A stretch of DNA of 64,000 nt from a bacterium. GTDB lineage: Bacteria; Patescibacteriota; Minisyncoccia; Minisyncoccales; JAGGXC01. The notes beneath the pieces were generated by a model. It did not search any database and was not told where the DNA came from. It saw only the letters and a list, made by a program, of their open reading frames with translations. The stretch lies in NCBI GenBank assembly GCA_021163265.1, contig JAGGXC010000023.1, positions 6,378 through 70,377 on the forward strand, given 5' to 3'. This document shows, one piece after another, positions 28,271-36,643 of the stretch. Made by a program: the position numbers and the translations under genes. Numbering within the stretch: the first letter of the stretch is position 1; each line of letters starts with the position of its first letter.

Positions 28271-29155
28271 CTAATACCAGGAACTTAAATCTCTATTTAT
28301 CAATTTTTCCAATTTCTCAATATCCTTTCTAAAGATACCTCTTAAATAATTCCTAACTTCTTGAGTCAATTCCGGTCTATTATCCAAATGACATTTCCTA
28401 GAAGGTTTCTGGCTAAGACGATTTATCTTTCTTAGGATATAAACTCCAAGACCACTCTGACTTAAAAATTCATAAATCACTCTAAATACAGGACTTGATT
28501 GTCTTTTTTGAAAAAAATGACGAATCATAGCTGCTTTTGCTTGAAGAGTTCTATCTCTAAGGTCTTCTTTCTTAGATTCAAGATATTTCTTATGTAAAGA
28601 GAAGGGAACAAAGTTCTCTTCCACATCTAAAAATTTAAACAATTTTTGACAAACTTGCAAGGGATCTTTAACAATATCCTCATAAATAATAATAAAGATA
28701 TTATTTCTTGGAAATTCTTTATAATATTGAGAAAGAAATGAATAATAAAGGCTTCCGTTAATAATTGATTTTATCTCTCTAACAACTTTCCCAAGAGGAT
28801 ATTTATTCCTAATACTAGGAGGATAGGACTGAAGATAGTCAGAGTATACGCGTTCTATTGGATTCCTTAAAGAACATATTAATTTTACCTCAGGATTATG
28901 TGCCTTAATCTTTTCTATCACCTCAGGATGATATACATACATAGGAGTAAATTCTCCTTTAATTTTTTCTCCTTTGCAGTGTTTAAAATAAGAACTGTAC
29001 GGCTTTATTCCTATATCTTTTCTCAAGAAAAAGTAGGTTTCTTTTGGTTCTGACATACAAATTTGAGGATGTTCTTTTAGGCAGTAATAAATCCACGTAG
29101 TAGCGCATCGTGGCGCACCGATCCCAATAAAATCAATTTTAAATATCGATGTCAT
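28271..29155 (-). CDS. PAPS-dependent sulfotransferase
   Basis: IGAPRCATT...L..HPQI, KETYFF, GEFTPMY, LRNPIERVYS (3'-PB), YEDI. Confidence 0.9.
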   Translation of the reverse strand: MTSIFKIDFIGIGAPRCATTWIYYCLKEHPQICMSEPKETYFFLRKDIGIKPYSSYFKHCKGEKIKGEFTPMYVYHPEVIEKIKAHNPEVKLICSLRNPIERVYSDYLQSYPPSIRNKYPLGKVVREIKSIINGSLYYSFLSQYYKEFPRNNIFIIIYEDIVKDPLQVCQKLFKFLDVEENFVPFSLHKKYLESKKEDLRDRTLQAKAAMIRHFFQKRQSSPVFRVIYEFLSQSGLGVYILRKINRLSQKPSRKCHLDNRPELTQEVRNYLRGIFRKDIEKLEKLINRDLSSWY

Positions 29156-30501
29156 AACTTCTGTAGTATTCTCCTGATTTTCTTTAAGACAGGAAAACGC
29201 GTTATAGCTGTATCAATGAAGGAATATTTACTTAATTTTAAATAGATAGAAACATCTTTAGGAATACTTTTTTCTTTTTCTTTTCTTTTCTTTAATTCCT
29301 CAATATTGTTTATCTTCGGCTCATCTTTGAGATTACTGAAATAAACATTTTTCTCTTCTAGCTCCAATTGATATACTAGAATTTTAAATAGTTTTCTAGG
29401 AGAAACATCACTTAAAAAATTATTGCCATAAATAAACCTGAATTTGTGAAAATTAGCAAGAGGTGGTAGAACAGGATATCTCATATCTCTTAAAGCATTA
29501 TAATATTTATATTCAGGAATAAGATTAATTACATTCCTTGCTAAAACGGAAGGTAAATTCATATGAGATCCATGTACTCCAATGATAGAATCTGCTCTTT
29601 TATACTCTTCTATCCATTTCTTTTCTAATTCTAAATTAAATTTTTCCTCTCTGAAGTCTATAATATCTTTTCTAAATTTTTCTTTCTTTCCTAAACCACA
29701 CAAAACAAATCTTATGTTCTTGTAATAATCCTTTAAATAAGTAAACAGTTTTTCAATATTTCTTTTCTGAAGCCAAGGTGTTAACCCCCATGTTCTTCCG
29801 TCTTCTCTATAAGAAAATACAATTGATTTTGTCTTATTTTGAGAAGATATTCTTCTCCGAAGAATAGGAAATAATGAAATGTCGTAAGAAGTGGGATGAA
29901 AGGAATAAATGTTCGAAGCAAGGTATACTCTTTCCTTATTATCCACAATGCTATGTATTTTCTTATTAATTGCAGAGTACCATTTCCGATATTCGCGAAA
30001 AGGTAGATAAAATAATAAGAGCTCAGAGACACCTTCGGGAACAAGATGCTGCAATTGATAAGGAATCATAAGACATATCCCAAAAGTTTCCCTAAATTTT
30101 TTGATATAACGAGCACAATCAAGCAACGCCCAAATCGAATGACCGTAACATCCATCTAGACAATTAACCAAGATAATATTCTTGCTCTCCTTGAAAACCT
30201 TATGAGTAATTTTTATTTCTTTCTCATTCTTTTTTTTATAAGATTCAACCATTTCTTCCGCCCAATCCTTTCTCCCTGCTTCTTTTATTTCTAAACTCTC
30301 TTTGTCTATCGTAGCTTGATAAGCAAACCCAAGACGTGCAGGAAGATCAGAAAGAAATTCTTTACCGCAGCTTTTGCATTTAAACTCGACTATATTTCTC
30401 ATGCCAACAATAAAAAAATTTTTAATCAGTATTTCTGATCCACAGAGAGGACATCTATAGTAAGAAGCATTTTTATTTATATCGGGTTTTATCTCTAGCA
30501 T
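29152..30501 (-). CDS. Hypothetical glycan-modifying protein (N-terminal zinc ribbon; GT-B/GT61-like C-terminal motif)
   Basis: CPLC...CKSC; YGH; ADSIIGVHGSHMN. Confidence 0.5.
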   Translation of the reverse strand: MLEIKPDINKNASYYRCPLCGSEILIKNFFIVGMRNIVEFKCKSCGKEFLSDLPARLGFAYQATIDKESLEIKEAGRKDWAEEMVESYKKKNEKEIKITHKVFKESKNIILVNCLDGCYGHSIWALLDCARYIKKFRETFGICLMIPYQLQHLVPEGVSELLLFYLPFREYRKWYSAINKKIHSIVDNKERVYLASNIYSFHPTSYDISLFPILRRRISSQNKTKSIVFSYREDGRTWGLTPWLQKRNIEKLFTYLKDYYKNIRFVLCGLGKKEKFRKDIIDFREEKFNLELEKKWIEEYKRADSIIGVHGSHMNLPSVLARNVINLIPEYKYYNALRDMRYPVLPPLANFHKFRFIYGNNFLSDVSPRKLFKILVYQLELEEKNVYFSNLKDEPKINNIEELKKRKEKEKSIPKDVSIYLKLSKYSFIDTAITRFPVLKKIRRILQKL

Positions 30502-30504
30502 CTT

Positions 30505-31284
30505 TTATAAATTAGATATAATTTTACTATGAATAAGTTTATTAGAAGCAATAAGACCATTAATATTTTCAAATGGTTCTCTCCCATACAGAAGCATCTT
30601 TCCCTTTAGATCAGTAATTCTTCCACCCGCTTCCTCCAGGATAATCTCAGGAGCACAAGTATCCCATTGACAAGTCTTCTTACTAAAATTTATATAACCA
30701 TCAGCTTGACCCTCAGAAATCATCGCAAGCTTTAGTCCAATACTTCCTTTCTTTGTATAATCTACATTATTTTTTTTTAGAAATTCAGTCTCTTCTTCTG
30801 ATAAATGACTTCGACTAACAACAAATTTAGAACAAAAGATGTCTGAAATTTCCGAAACTTTGATTTTTTTAATATAACCTTTCTGCTGAAGAAAAGCCCC
30901 TTTTCCTTTCTGGGCAAAGTATAATTTATCTAATATTGGACAATAGACTACTCCTTTCACCGGTTTTCCCTTTTCTACTAATCCTATCATCACAGAGAAC
31001 TCACCGGTTCTTTGAAGAAAATCGTTTGTGCCATCGAGTGGATCAATAATCCATAATTTTTCTCTTTTTGTTTCTACAAATCTATCTCTGCTTTCCTCTG
31101 ACAGAATTCCGTAACCGTATCTTCTAAGAACAGAGAGAATAATTTGCTCTGAAGCAAGATCTGCTTCAGTCACCAATGAACTATCTTTCTTGGTATAAAC
31201 TTTAAAACTGCGGGAGTAAAATTCTAGTATTTTTTCTCCGGCTTTCCTTGCTAGATTAATAATTTCTTTTAATTCTTCATCCAT
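30505..31284 (-). CDS. cysQ: 3'(2'),5'-bisphosphate nucleotidase
   Basis: VTEADL, LSEE, WIIDPLDGTNDF, GEFSVMIGL, SRSH, WDTCA. Confidence 0.9.
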   Translation of the reverse strand: MDEELKEIINLARKAGEKILEFYSRSFKVYTKKDSSLVTEADLASEQIILSVLRRYGYGILSEESRDRFVETKREKLWIIDPLDGTNDFLQRTGEFSVMIGLVEKGKPVKGVVYCPILDKLYFAQKGKGAFLQQKGYIKKIKVSEISDIFCSKFVVSRSHLSEEETEFLKKNNVDYTKKGSIGLKLAMISEGQADGYINFSKKTCQWDTCAPEIILEEAGGRITDLKGKMLLYGREPFENINGLIASNKLIHSKIISNL

Positions 31285-32796
31285 CTAATTTAATATTAAT
31301 ATATTATCAAAGCCTCCTTTGAACAATTTCTTTATTCCTTTCTTAATAACATATAAACAAAGTGTATAAACTATCACTCCTATCACTACAAGCCACAAAA
31401 CAGACAGTGAGTAAAAGAGAAGTTTCGATACAACAATATACATCAGAAAAACAGCTAGAATCACACTGATTAATGTTTGTTGAAATCTTGAAGTCATAAT
31501 CTCAACTTTCACGAACTTTACGCTAAGAAGAACAAACAAGACGAACATCATAAAATAGGTAATAACCGTAGCAACCGCTGCTCCATAGAGACTATATATA
31601 GGAATTAGAATGAAATTTAAAACAATATTCACGATTGCTCCTATAAATTCAACCCAAAAAATCTTTCTTTGGTGATTTGCAGCAATTAAAGCCCGATTAA
31701 AAGGAGTAAGAAGAAAAATAAACCCGCTAGCCAAAATTAGTATCTGAAAAGCTAATATCGAAGGAGAATATTCAGAACCATAGAGAAAATCTATAATTTT
31801 TGGTGCCAAAACAACACCTCCTACCACTAAAGGTACAGCTAAAACCATCATTGCTTCTATATGATAGCTTATAATCTTTTTAAATCTCTTGCTTGAGTCT
31901 TTAAAGGCTACACTAAGAAAAGGAAAAAAACTTTTTGAGATTAAGGCAGCAGGCGCTGCAGTAAATTGAATAATTCTATAAACAGCATTGTACCACCCAG
32001 TTTCGGTAACCTGTCCAAAAAAACCCATCATAACACTATCAATTCGAACATAAATTACAGCGAAGAGTCCCACAAAAGCTAATGGCCACGACATACTTAG
32101 ATATTTTTTCCATAGAAGAACATCCCACTTAAAACTTAAATGATAAATTTTAAGATGAAAAAATAACAAAAGAAAAAACAAAAACAAAAGAGCACTAACC
32201 AAATAACCAAGACTTAGATTCTGAATAGAAGGAAAATAAAACACAACGAAAAAACCAATGCTAACCAAAAAAACTGCCTGTAGAATCTTAGCTACTGCTT
32301 CGTACTCCATTCGATGGCAGGCTTCCAAATAAGCATAAAATAAATCACTCAACCTATTTATAATTACATATATCGCTAAGATTAAAACAATCTTTTGAAT
32401 TTCGGACTGATCGAAAAAGAAAATACAAGCTACAAAAGTCACTCCTAACGTAATAAGCATTAAAATAAATTTCAAGGATAACAGTCCAACGAACTCTTCT
32501 TTACTCTTTTTTTCCCGAGAAAACTCTCTTGTAGCAATAGAAGATATACCCAAATCTGAGAGTACGCCTAATAACACAACGAAGGATAAAGCAAAAGCAA
32601 ATATCCCATAATTACTCGGACCGAATTCTCTAGCCACACACACAAATAAAGAAAATGTAAAGAACTTAGTTATTACTTGAGCCAAAAAGAGCCAGATCGT
32701 GTTTTTTAAAATCGTCTGTCGGATACTTATGTTCTGAAAAAAAACATAAAATAACTTCGCAAAAGAAATCTTTTCTCTAAACATCTTGACTTTCAT
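31285..32796 (-). CDS. Wzx-type oligosaccharide flippase
   Basis: Highly hydrophobic; DLGI, IDSVMMG, GWYNA, LNFILIP..GAAVAT; start moved from 32844 to ATG 32796 (or 32784). Confidence 0.9.
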   Translation of the reverse strand: MKVKMFREKISFAKLFYVFFQNISIRQTILKNTIWLFLAQVITKFFTFSLFVCVAREFGPSNYGIFAFALSFVVLLGVLSDLGISSIATREFSREKKSKEEFVGLLSLKFILMLITLGVTFVACIFFFDQSEIQKIVLILAIYVIINRLSDLFYAYLEACHRMEYEAVAKILQAVFLVSIGFFVVFYFPSIQNLSLGYLVSALLFLFFLLLFFHLKIYHLSFKWDVLLWKKYLSMSWPLAFVGLFAVIYVRIDSVMMGFFGQVTETGWYNAVYRIIQFTAAPAALISKSFFPFLSVAFKDSSKRFKKIISYHIEAMMVLAVPLVVGGVVLAPKIIDFLYGSEYSPSILAFQILILASGFIFLLTPFNRALIAANHQRKIFWVEFIGAIVNIVLNFILIPIYSLYGAAVATVITYFMMFVLFVLLSVKFVKVEIMTSRFQQTLISVILAVFLMYIVVSKLLFYSLSVLWLVVIGVIVYTLCLYVIKKGIKKLFKGGFDNILILN

Positions 32797-32797
32797 T

Positions 32798-34438
32798 TTA
32801 AATAAGCTCCTTCTTTTCCAAATATCTAATAATTTTAGATACACAATCTTCTATACTTTCTCGATCAGTTCTCAATTCTATTTCTGGATTTTCTGGAGGT
32901 TCAAAAGGATCGGATATTCCCGTGAAATTTTTAATTTTTCCTTCTCTTGCCTTCCGATATAATCCTTTTGTATCTCTTTTTTCGCAGATTTCTAAAGGAC
33001 AATTTACAAATATCTCCACAAAATTAGGAATCCTCCTTCTTAATTCCTCTCTAGCTTCTCTGTAAGGAGAAATAAAAGAAGCTACTACACAAACCCCTCG
33101 CTGGACAAATAAACGCGCTAGACTACCCACTCTTCTTAAATTTTCTTTCCTATCTTCTTTAGTGAAACCCAAGTCTTTTGTTAAAGTTTGACGCACTACA
33201 TCTCCGTCCAATCTTTCCACTTTTAAACCCTTTTTATTCAAGATTTCATACACTTTATCAGCAATTGTTGTTTTGCCAGCTTGAGATAGCCCAGTGAACC
33301 ACAAACAAAATCCAGGATTCTTATTTTCTCTACGATATAAATCATCTACTAAAGAATTTAAACCATGAGAAAGAAGATGATATACTTCTGGCCTCATAAT
33401 ATAGGATGGAGGCATTTCTTTATTTTTGATCTTCTCTCGTACTTTCGTTCCAGAAAAACGAATGATCTCCTCAGAATGAGAACAACTATCGATAAAAGTG
33501 TGCCTACGACACTTTTTACAATAAACTACCTCGGGAAATTTCAGAATCTCTATACCAATTTCTCTCTTACTAAAATTTTTAAATATCTCTTGAGCATCGT
33601 AAGGCGAATAATAATTTCCTACACCTGCATGATCTCTACCAACAATAAAATGAGTACACCCAAAATTTCTCCGGATAAGAGCGTGGAAAAGAGCTTCTCT
33701 CGGACCTGCATATCTCATCTTTAAAGGTAAAATTCCTAAAAGTACTTTATTCTTAGGGTAATATCTCTCGATTAAAACCTCGAAAGAAGAAAGAATATAT
33801 TCATCTTTGAAATCATTTACCTTTTTTTTACCAATGACAGGTTGAATAAATAAACCGTCTACTATTTTTAATGCTTCTTTCTGAAGAAATTCATGACCGC
33901 AATGAGGAACATTTCTTGTCTGGAACGCACAAACAGTTCTCCAATTTTTTTCCTGAAAATATTTTTTTGTTTCCGCGGGCGAAAAATTGTAATCAGGAAA
34001 TGGATCCTTTGAATCATCCAAAAGTTCTATCTCTCCTCCTACTAAATAATCTCCCATCTGATATACTTCCGCTACTCCTGGATGATTTCTATCTGTAGTA
34101 GAAAAAACATTCTTCGCAAGAAAATTCTTATCATATTCAAAAATCTCAATATCTTTTAGAAAAGCAATAGGCAAATTCTGACTATCCACTAAAAGGAGAT
34201 CTTTCTCTCTTTTGACTGCTTCGTATTCCTTTTTATCTAAATCGAGAACAATAGGAATACTCCATACTGATCCGTCTTCTAATCTCATATCAGAAACAAC
34301 TCTCAAGAAATCCTTCTCTTTCAAAAAACCTCGAAGCGGGGCATACACTCCTCGAGCAATATTCTTAACATCTTTTATTTGTTCTTCGTTCAACTGCAAA
34401 GATTTATATTGATCTATTTCTTTCAAACTTTTATTCAT
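32798..34438 (-). CDS. sat/cysC: Bifunctional ATP sulfurylase / APS kinase (PAPS synthase)
   Basis: FQTRNVPHCGH, MRYAGPREA, HFIVGRDHAG; kinase domain WFTGLSQAGKT, LDGD, NFTGISDPFE. Confidence 0.95.
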   Translation of the reverse strand: MNKSLKEIDQYKSLQLNEEQIKDVKNIARGVYAPLRGFLKEKDFLRVVSDMRLEDGSVWSIPIVLDLDKKEYEAVKREKDLLLVDSQNLPIAFLKDIEIFEYDKNFLAKNVFSTTDRNHPGVAEVYQMGDYLVGGEIELLDDSKDPFPDYNFSPAETKKYFQEKNWRTVCAFQTRNVPHCGHEFLQKEALKIVDGLFIQPVIGKKKVNDFKDEYILSSFEVLIERYYPKNKVLLGILPLKMRYAGPREALFHALIRRNFGCTHFIVGRDHAGVGNYYSPYDAQEIFKNFSKREIGIEILKFPEVVYCKKCRRHTFIDSCSHSEEIIRFSGTKVREKIKNKEMPPSYIMRPEVYHLLSHGLNSLVDDLYRRENKNPGFCLWFTGLSQAGKTTIADKVYEILNKKGLKVERLDGDVVRQTLTKDLGFTKEDRKENLRRVGSLARLFVQRGVCVVASFISPYREAREELRRRIPNFVEIFVNCPLEICEKRDTKGLYRKAREGKIKNFTGISDPFEPPENPEIELRTDRESIEDCVSKIIRYLEKKELI

Positions 34439-34462
34439 AAGACAATATAGTTAAGAACAAGA

Positions 34463-35425
34463 TTAATTTCTAATTCCTAACTGCTCTTTGATCCACTGAT
34501 AATTTCTTTTTAGACCCTCTTCTAAAGAAATTTGGGGTTCCCATTTTAATACCTCTTTAACCAAAGTAAGATCAGCATTCCTTCCTCTTACTCCTTGGGG
34601 TTTATCTAAAAGATGCTTCTTTTTTATGCTTTTTCCTGCAATTTTGGCAATGATATCAACCATTTCATTAATAGTCACTAGTCTATCAGAACCAATATTT
34701 AAAGGTTTCTCAAAATCTGATTCCATAAGACGATATGTTCCTTCCAGACAATCATCAATATAACAGAAGCTTCTTGTTTGTTCCCCGTCTCCCCAAATTT
34801 CAATTTCATCTCCGTCTTTTGCGAGAGCAACTTTCCGACAAAGAGCAGCGGGTGCTTTTTCTCTTCCTTTCTCAAACGTCCCCTCAGGACCGTAAATGTT
34901 ATGATAGCGAGCAATTCTTATATCCAACTCATAATCCTCATGATATGCCTGATACACTCTCTCTGAGTAAAGTTTCTCCCAACCATATTCATTGTCAGGA
35001 TCAGCAGGATAAGCATCACTTTCTTTTAATGGAGTAACTTGGGGATCAGTTTGTTTAAAAGTAGGATAAACACAAGCGGAAGAAGAAAAAAATATTCTCT
35101 TCACACCTGCTCTCAAGCAAGCTTCAGCCATATTCACATTTATTAAAACATTATCCCGCATTACATCAGCTTTCACCGCGGTAATAAAACCTATGCCTCC
35201 CATATTAGCGGCAAAATTATACACTTTGTCTATTCCATGAACTGCTTCCATAGCATTCCTAAAATTTCTTAGATCAAGAAGTAAAAACTCATCAGCTTCA
35301 TCAGGCGAAGAAAACTCTGGATATTTTATATCCACTCCTCGAACCCAATAACCTTTCTTTTTCAAGAACCTTACCATATGATGGCCAATAAACCCTCCCG
35401 CGCCTGTTACTAAAATCTTTTCCAT
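34463..35425 (-). CDS. GDP-mannose 3,5-epimerase-like NAD-dependent epimerase
   Basis: GAGGFIG, AANMGGIGFI, SSACVYP, YGWEK, REKAPAALCRKV, GVRGRN. Confidence 0.85.
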   Translation of the reverse strand: MEKILVTGAGGFIGHHMVRFLKKKGYWVRGVDIKYPEFSSPDEADEFLLLDLRNFRNAMEAVHGIDKVYNFAANMGGIGFITAVKADVMRDNVLINVNMAEACLRAGVKRIFFSSSACVYPTFKQTDPQVTPLKESDAYPADPDNEYGWEKLYSERVYQAYHEDYELDIRIARYHNIYGPEGTFEKGREKAPAALCRKVALAKDGDEIEIWGDGEQTRSFCYIDDCLEGTYRLMESDFEKPLNIGSDRLVTINEMVDIIAKIAGKSIKKKHLLDKPQGVRGRNADLTLVKEVLKWEPQISLEEGLKRNYQWIKEQLGIRN

Positions 35426-35495
35426 ATTTTTTGAAATTTATTTTTTTAATTTATTTACTTTTTAAAAAACCTTTTTATTTTTTATTTCCATTTTT

Positions 35496-36197
35496 TTATT
35501 TCCATTTTTTTAAAGCTTCTTCATAACGCTGGAAAGTACCGCAATCTATCCACTTCCCTTGAAACTTAAAGCCTCCGACTCTATTTTCTTTTACTAATTT
35601 CGGCAGAAGATCTGTTTCAATCATACTAAATTTATTAGGCCCAGGATGATAATCAAAAATCTCGGGAGAAAACATATAAAGACCTGAGGAGATATAATCA
35701 GAAGGCGGATTTTTAGGCTTCTCTATAAATTCACATACAAGTCCGTTTTTGCAAATCACCACTCCATAATCTTGAGGATTCTTTACCTTTACCAACGCTA
35801 CTGTAGCTATCACAGGTTTTCTTTGATGAAACTCTGCCATTTTCTTAAGATCAATTCTTTTAAGTTCATCACCATTACTCATAAAAAAATCGTTCCCTGA
35901 AAGCCAATCTTTTAAACTCCATAATCCCCCTAAAGTGCCAAGATGCTTCTTTTCTTCCTGAATGAAAATCTTATGATTAGAATGATATCTTTTTTTCCAC
36001 CATTCAAACTCTTCTCTAAATTCCTTGTTAATCAAAACCGCAATATCTTTTATTCCATGCTTAACAAACAAATCCACAAGATGACTTAAAATAGGCTTTC
36101 TTTTTACCGGTAATAAAGGTTTGGGAATTTCGTAAGTAATAGGGTAAAGCCGCGTTCCCTTTCCTCCTGCCAAAATTACTGCTTTATATTTTCTCAT
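35496..36197 (-). CDS. NDP-sugar nucleotidyltransferase (mannose-1-P guanylyltransferase-like)
   Basis: LAGGKGTRL.P.T..IPKPL, NGD, FIEKP, WIDCG. Confidence 0.88.
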   Translation of the reverse strand: MRKYKAVILAGGKGTRLYPITYEIPKPLLPVKRKPILSHLVDLFVKHGIKDIAVLINKEFREEFEWWKKRYHSNHKIFIQEEKKHLGTLGGLWSLKDWLSGNDFFMSNGDELKRIDLKKMAEFHQRKPVIATVALVKVKNPQDYGVVICKNGLVCEFIEKPKNPPSDYISSGLYMFSPEIFDYHPGPNKFSMIETDLLPKLVKENRVGGFKFQGKWIDCGTFQRYEEALKKWK

Positions 36198-36249
36198 AGA
36201 TTTATAAAGATAACAGCAAGGCAGCTGTTATCAAATCCCAAGAGAAATA

Positions 36250-36495
36250 TTACCACTTCTCAATTGTTTCTCTAGTTTTGTCTTTAACTTTCCTGTAAAC
36301 TTTATAAACTTTTGACTCCAATTCAGGAGATACTAATTTTAAAATCTCGCTTCCCCAGATACGATATCTTCCTCCTACCTTATAAGCTTTGATTATTCCT
36401 TTCTTCAAAAATCTCTTTATTGTGCTCTCACTTATCTTTAAAAAATCTCTTGCTTCTTCGGTAGTATATATCTCATTTGGCTTAATTTCGGACAT
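36250..36495 (-). CDS. Excisionase-family (HTH_17, MerR/BldC-like) DNA-binding protein
   Basis: YTTEEARDFLKISESTIKRFLKKGIIKAYKVGGRYRI. Confidence 0.88.
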   Translation of the reverse strand: MSEIKPNEIYTTEEARDFLKISESTIKRFLKKGIIKAYKVGGRYRIWGSEILKLVSPELESKVYKVYRKVKDKTRETIEKW

Positions 36496-36522
36496 TTTTC
36501 CTAGAATTACTTTTATTATTTA

Positions 36523-36571
36523 ATAATAGGGCACCTGTCAAACCGTGTCAAGAGGGGTCAATAGGTGTCAA
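36523..36571 (-). promoter_or_regulatory. Promoter with four TTGAC direct repeats at 10-bp period
   Basis: Plus-strand GTCAA at 36537, 36547, 36557, 36567; TTGACA(36546-36551)-17-TATTAT(36523-36528). Confidence 0.75.
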
Positions 36572-36593
36572 ATCGGAGGTTTTCCACAGCCAA

Positions 36594-36624
36594 ATTAAAA
36601 CTCCGCTCTTGACGGAGTTTTAAT
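36594..36624 (-). terminator. Intrinsic terminator of the 1735-aa surface protein gene
   Basis: Inverted repeat ATTAAAACTCCG-N7-CGGAGTTTTAAT about 20 nt past the stop. Confidence 0.7.
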
Positions 36625-36643
36625 CACTATCCCCTGTTTTCGA

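Noticed and set aside
30770-30778. A9/T9 homopolymer in cysQ (and similar runs elsewhere) as a phase-variation tract
   Set aside because: The frame is intact and such runs are expected in this AT-rich, Lys-rich sequence
36250-36495. Excisionase of a prophage or ICE
   Set aside because: No integrase, att-like repeats or phage genes nearby; the context supports a transcriptional regulator
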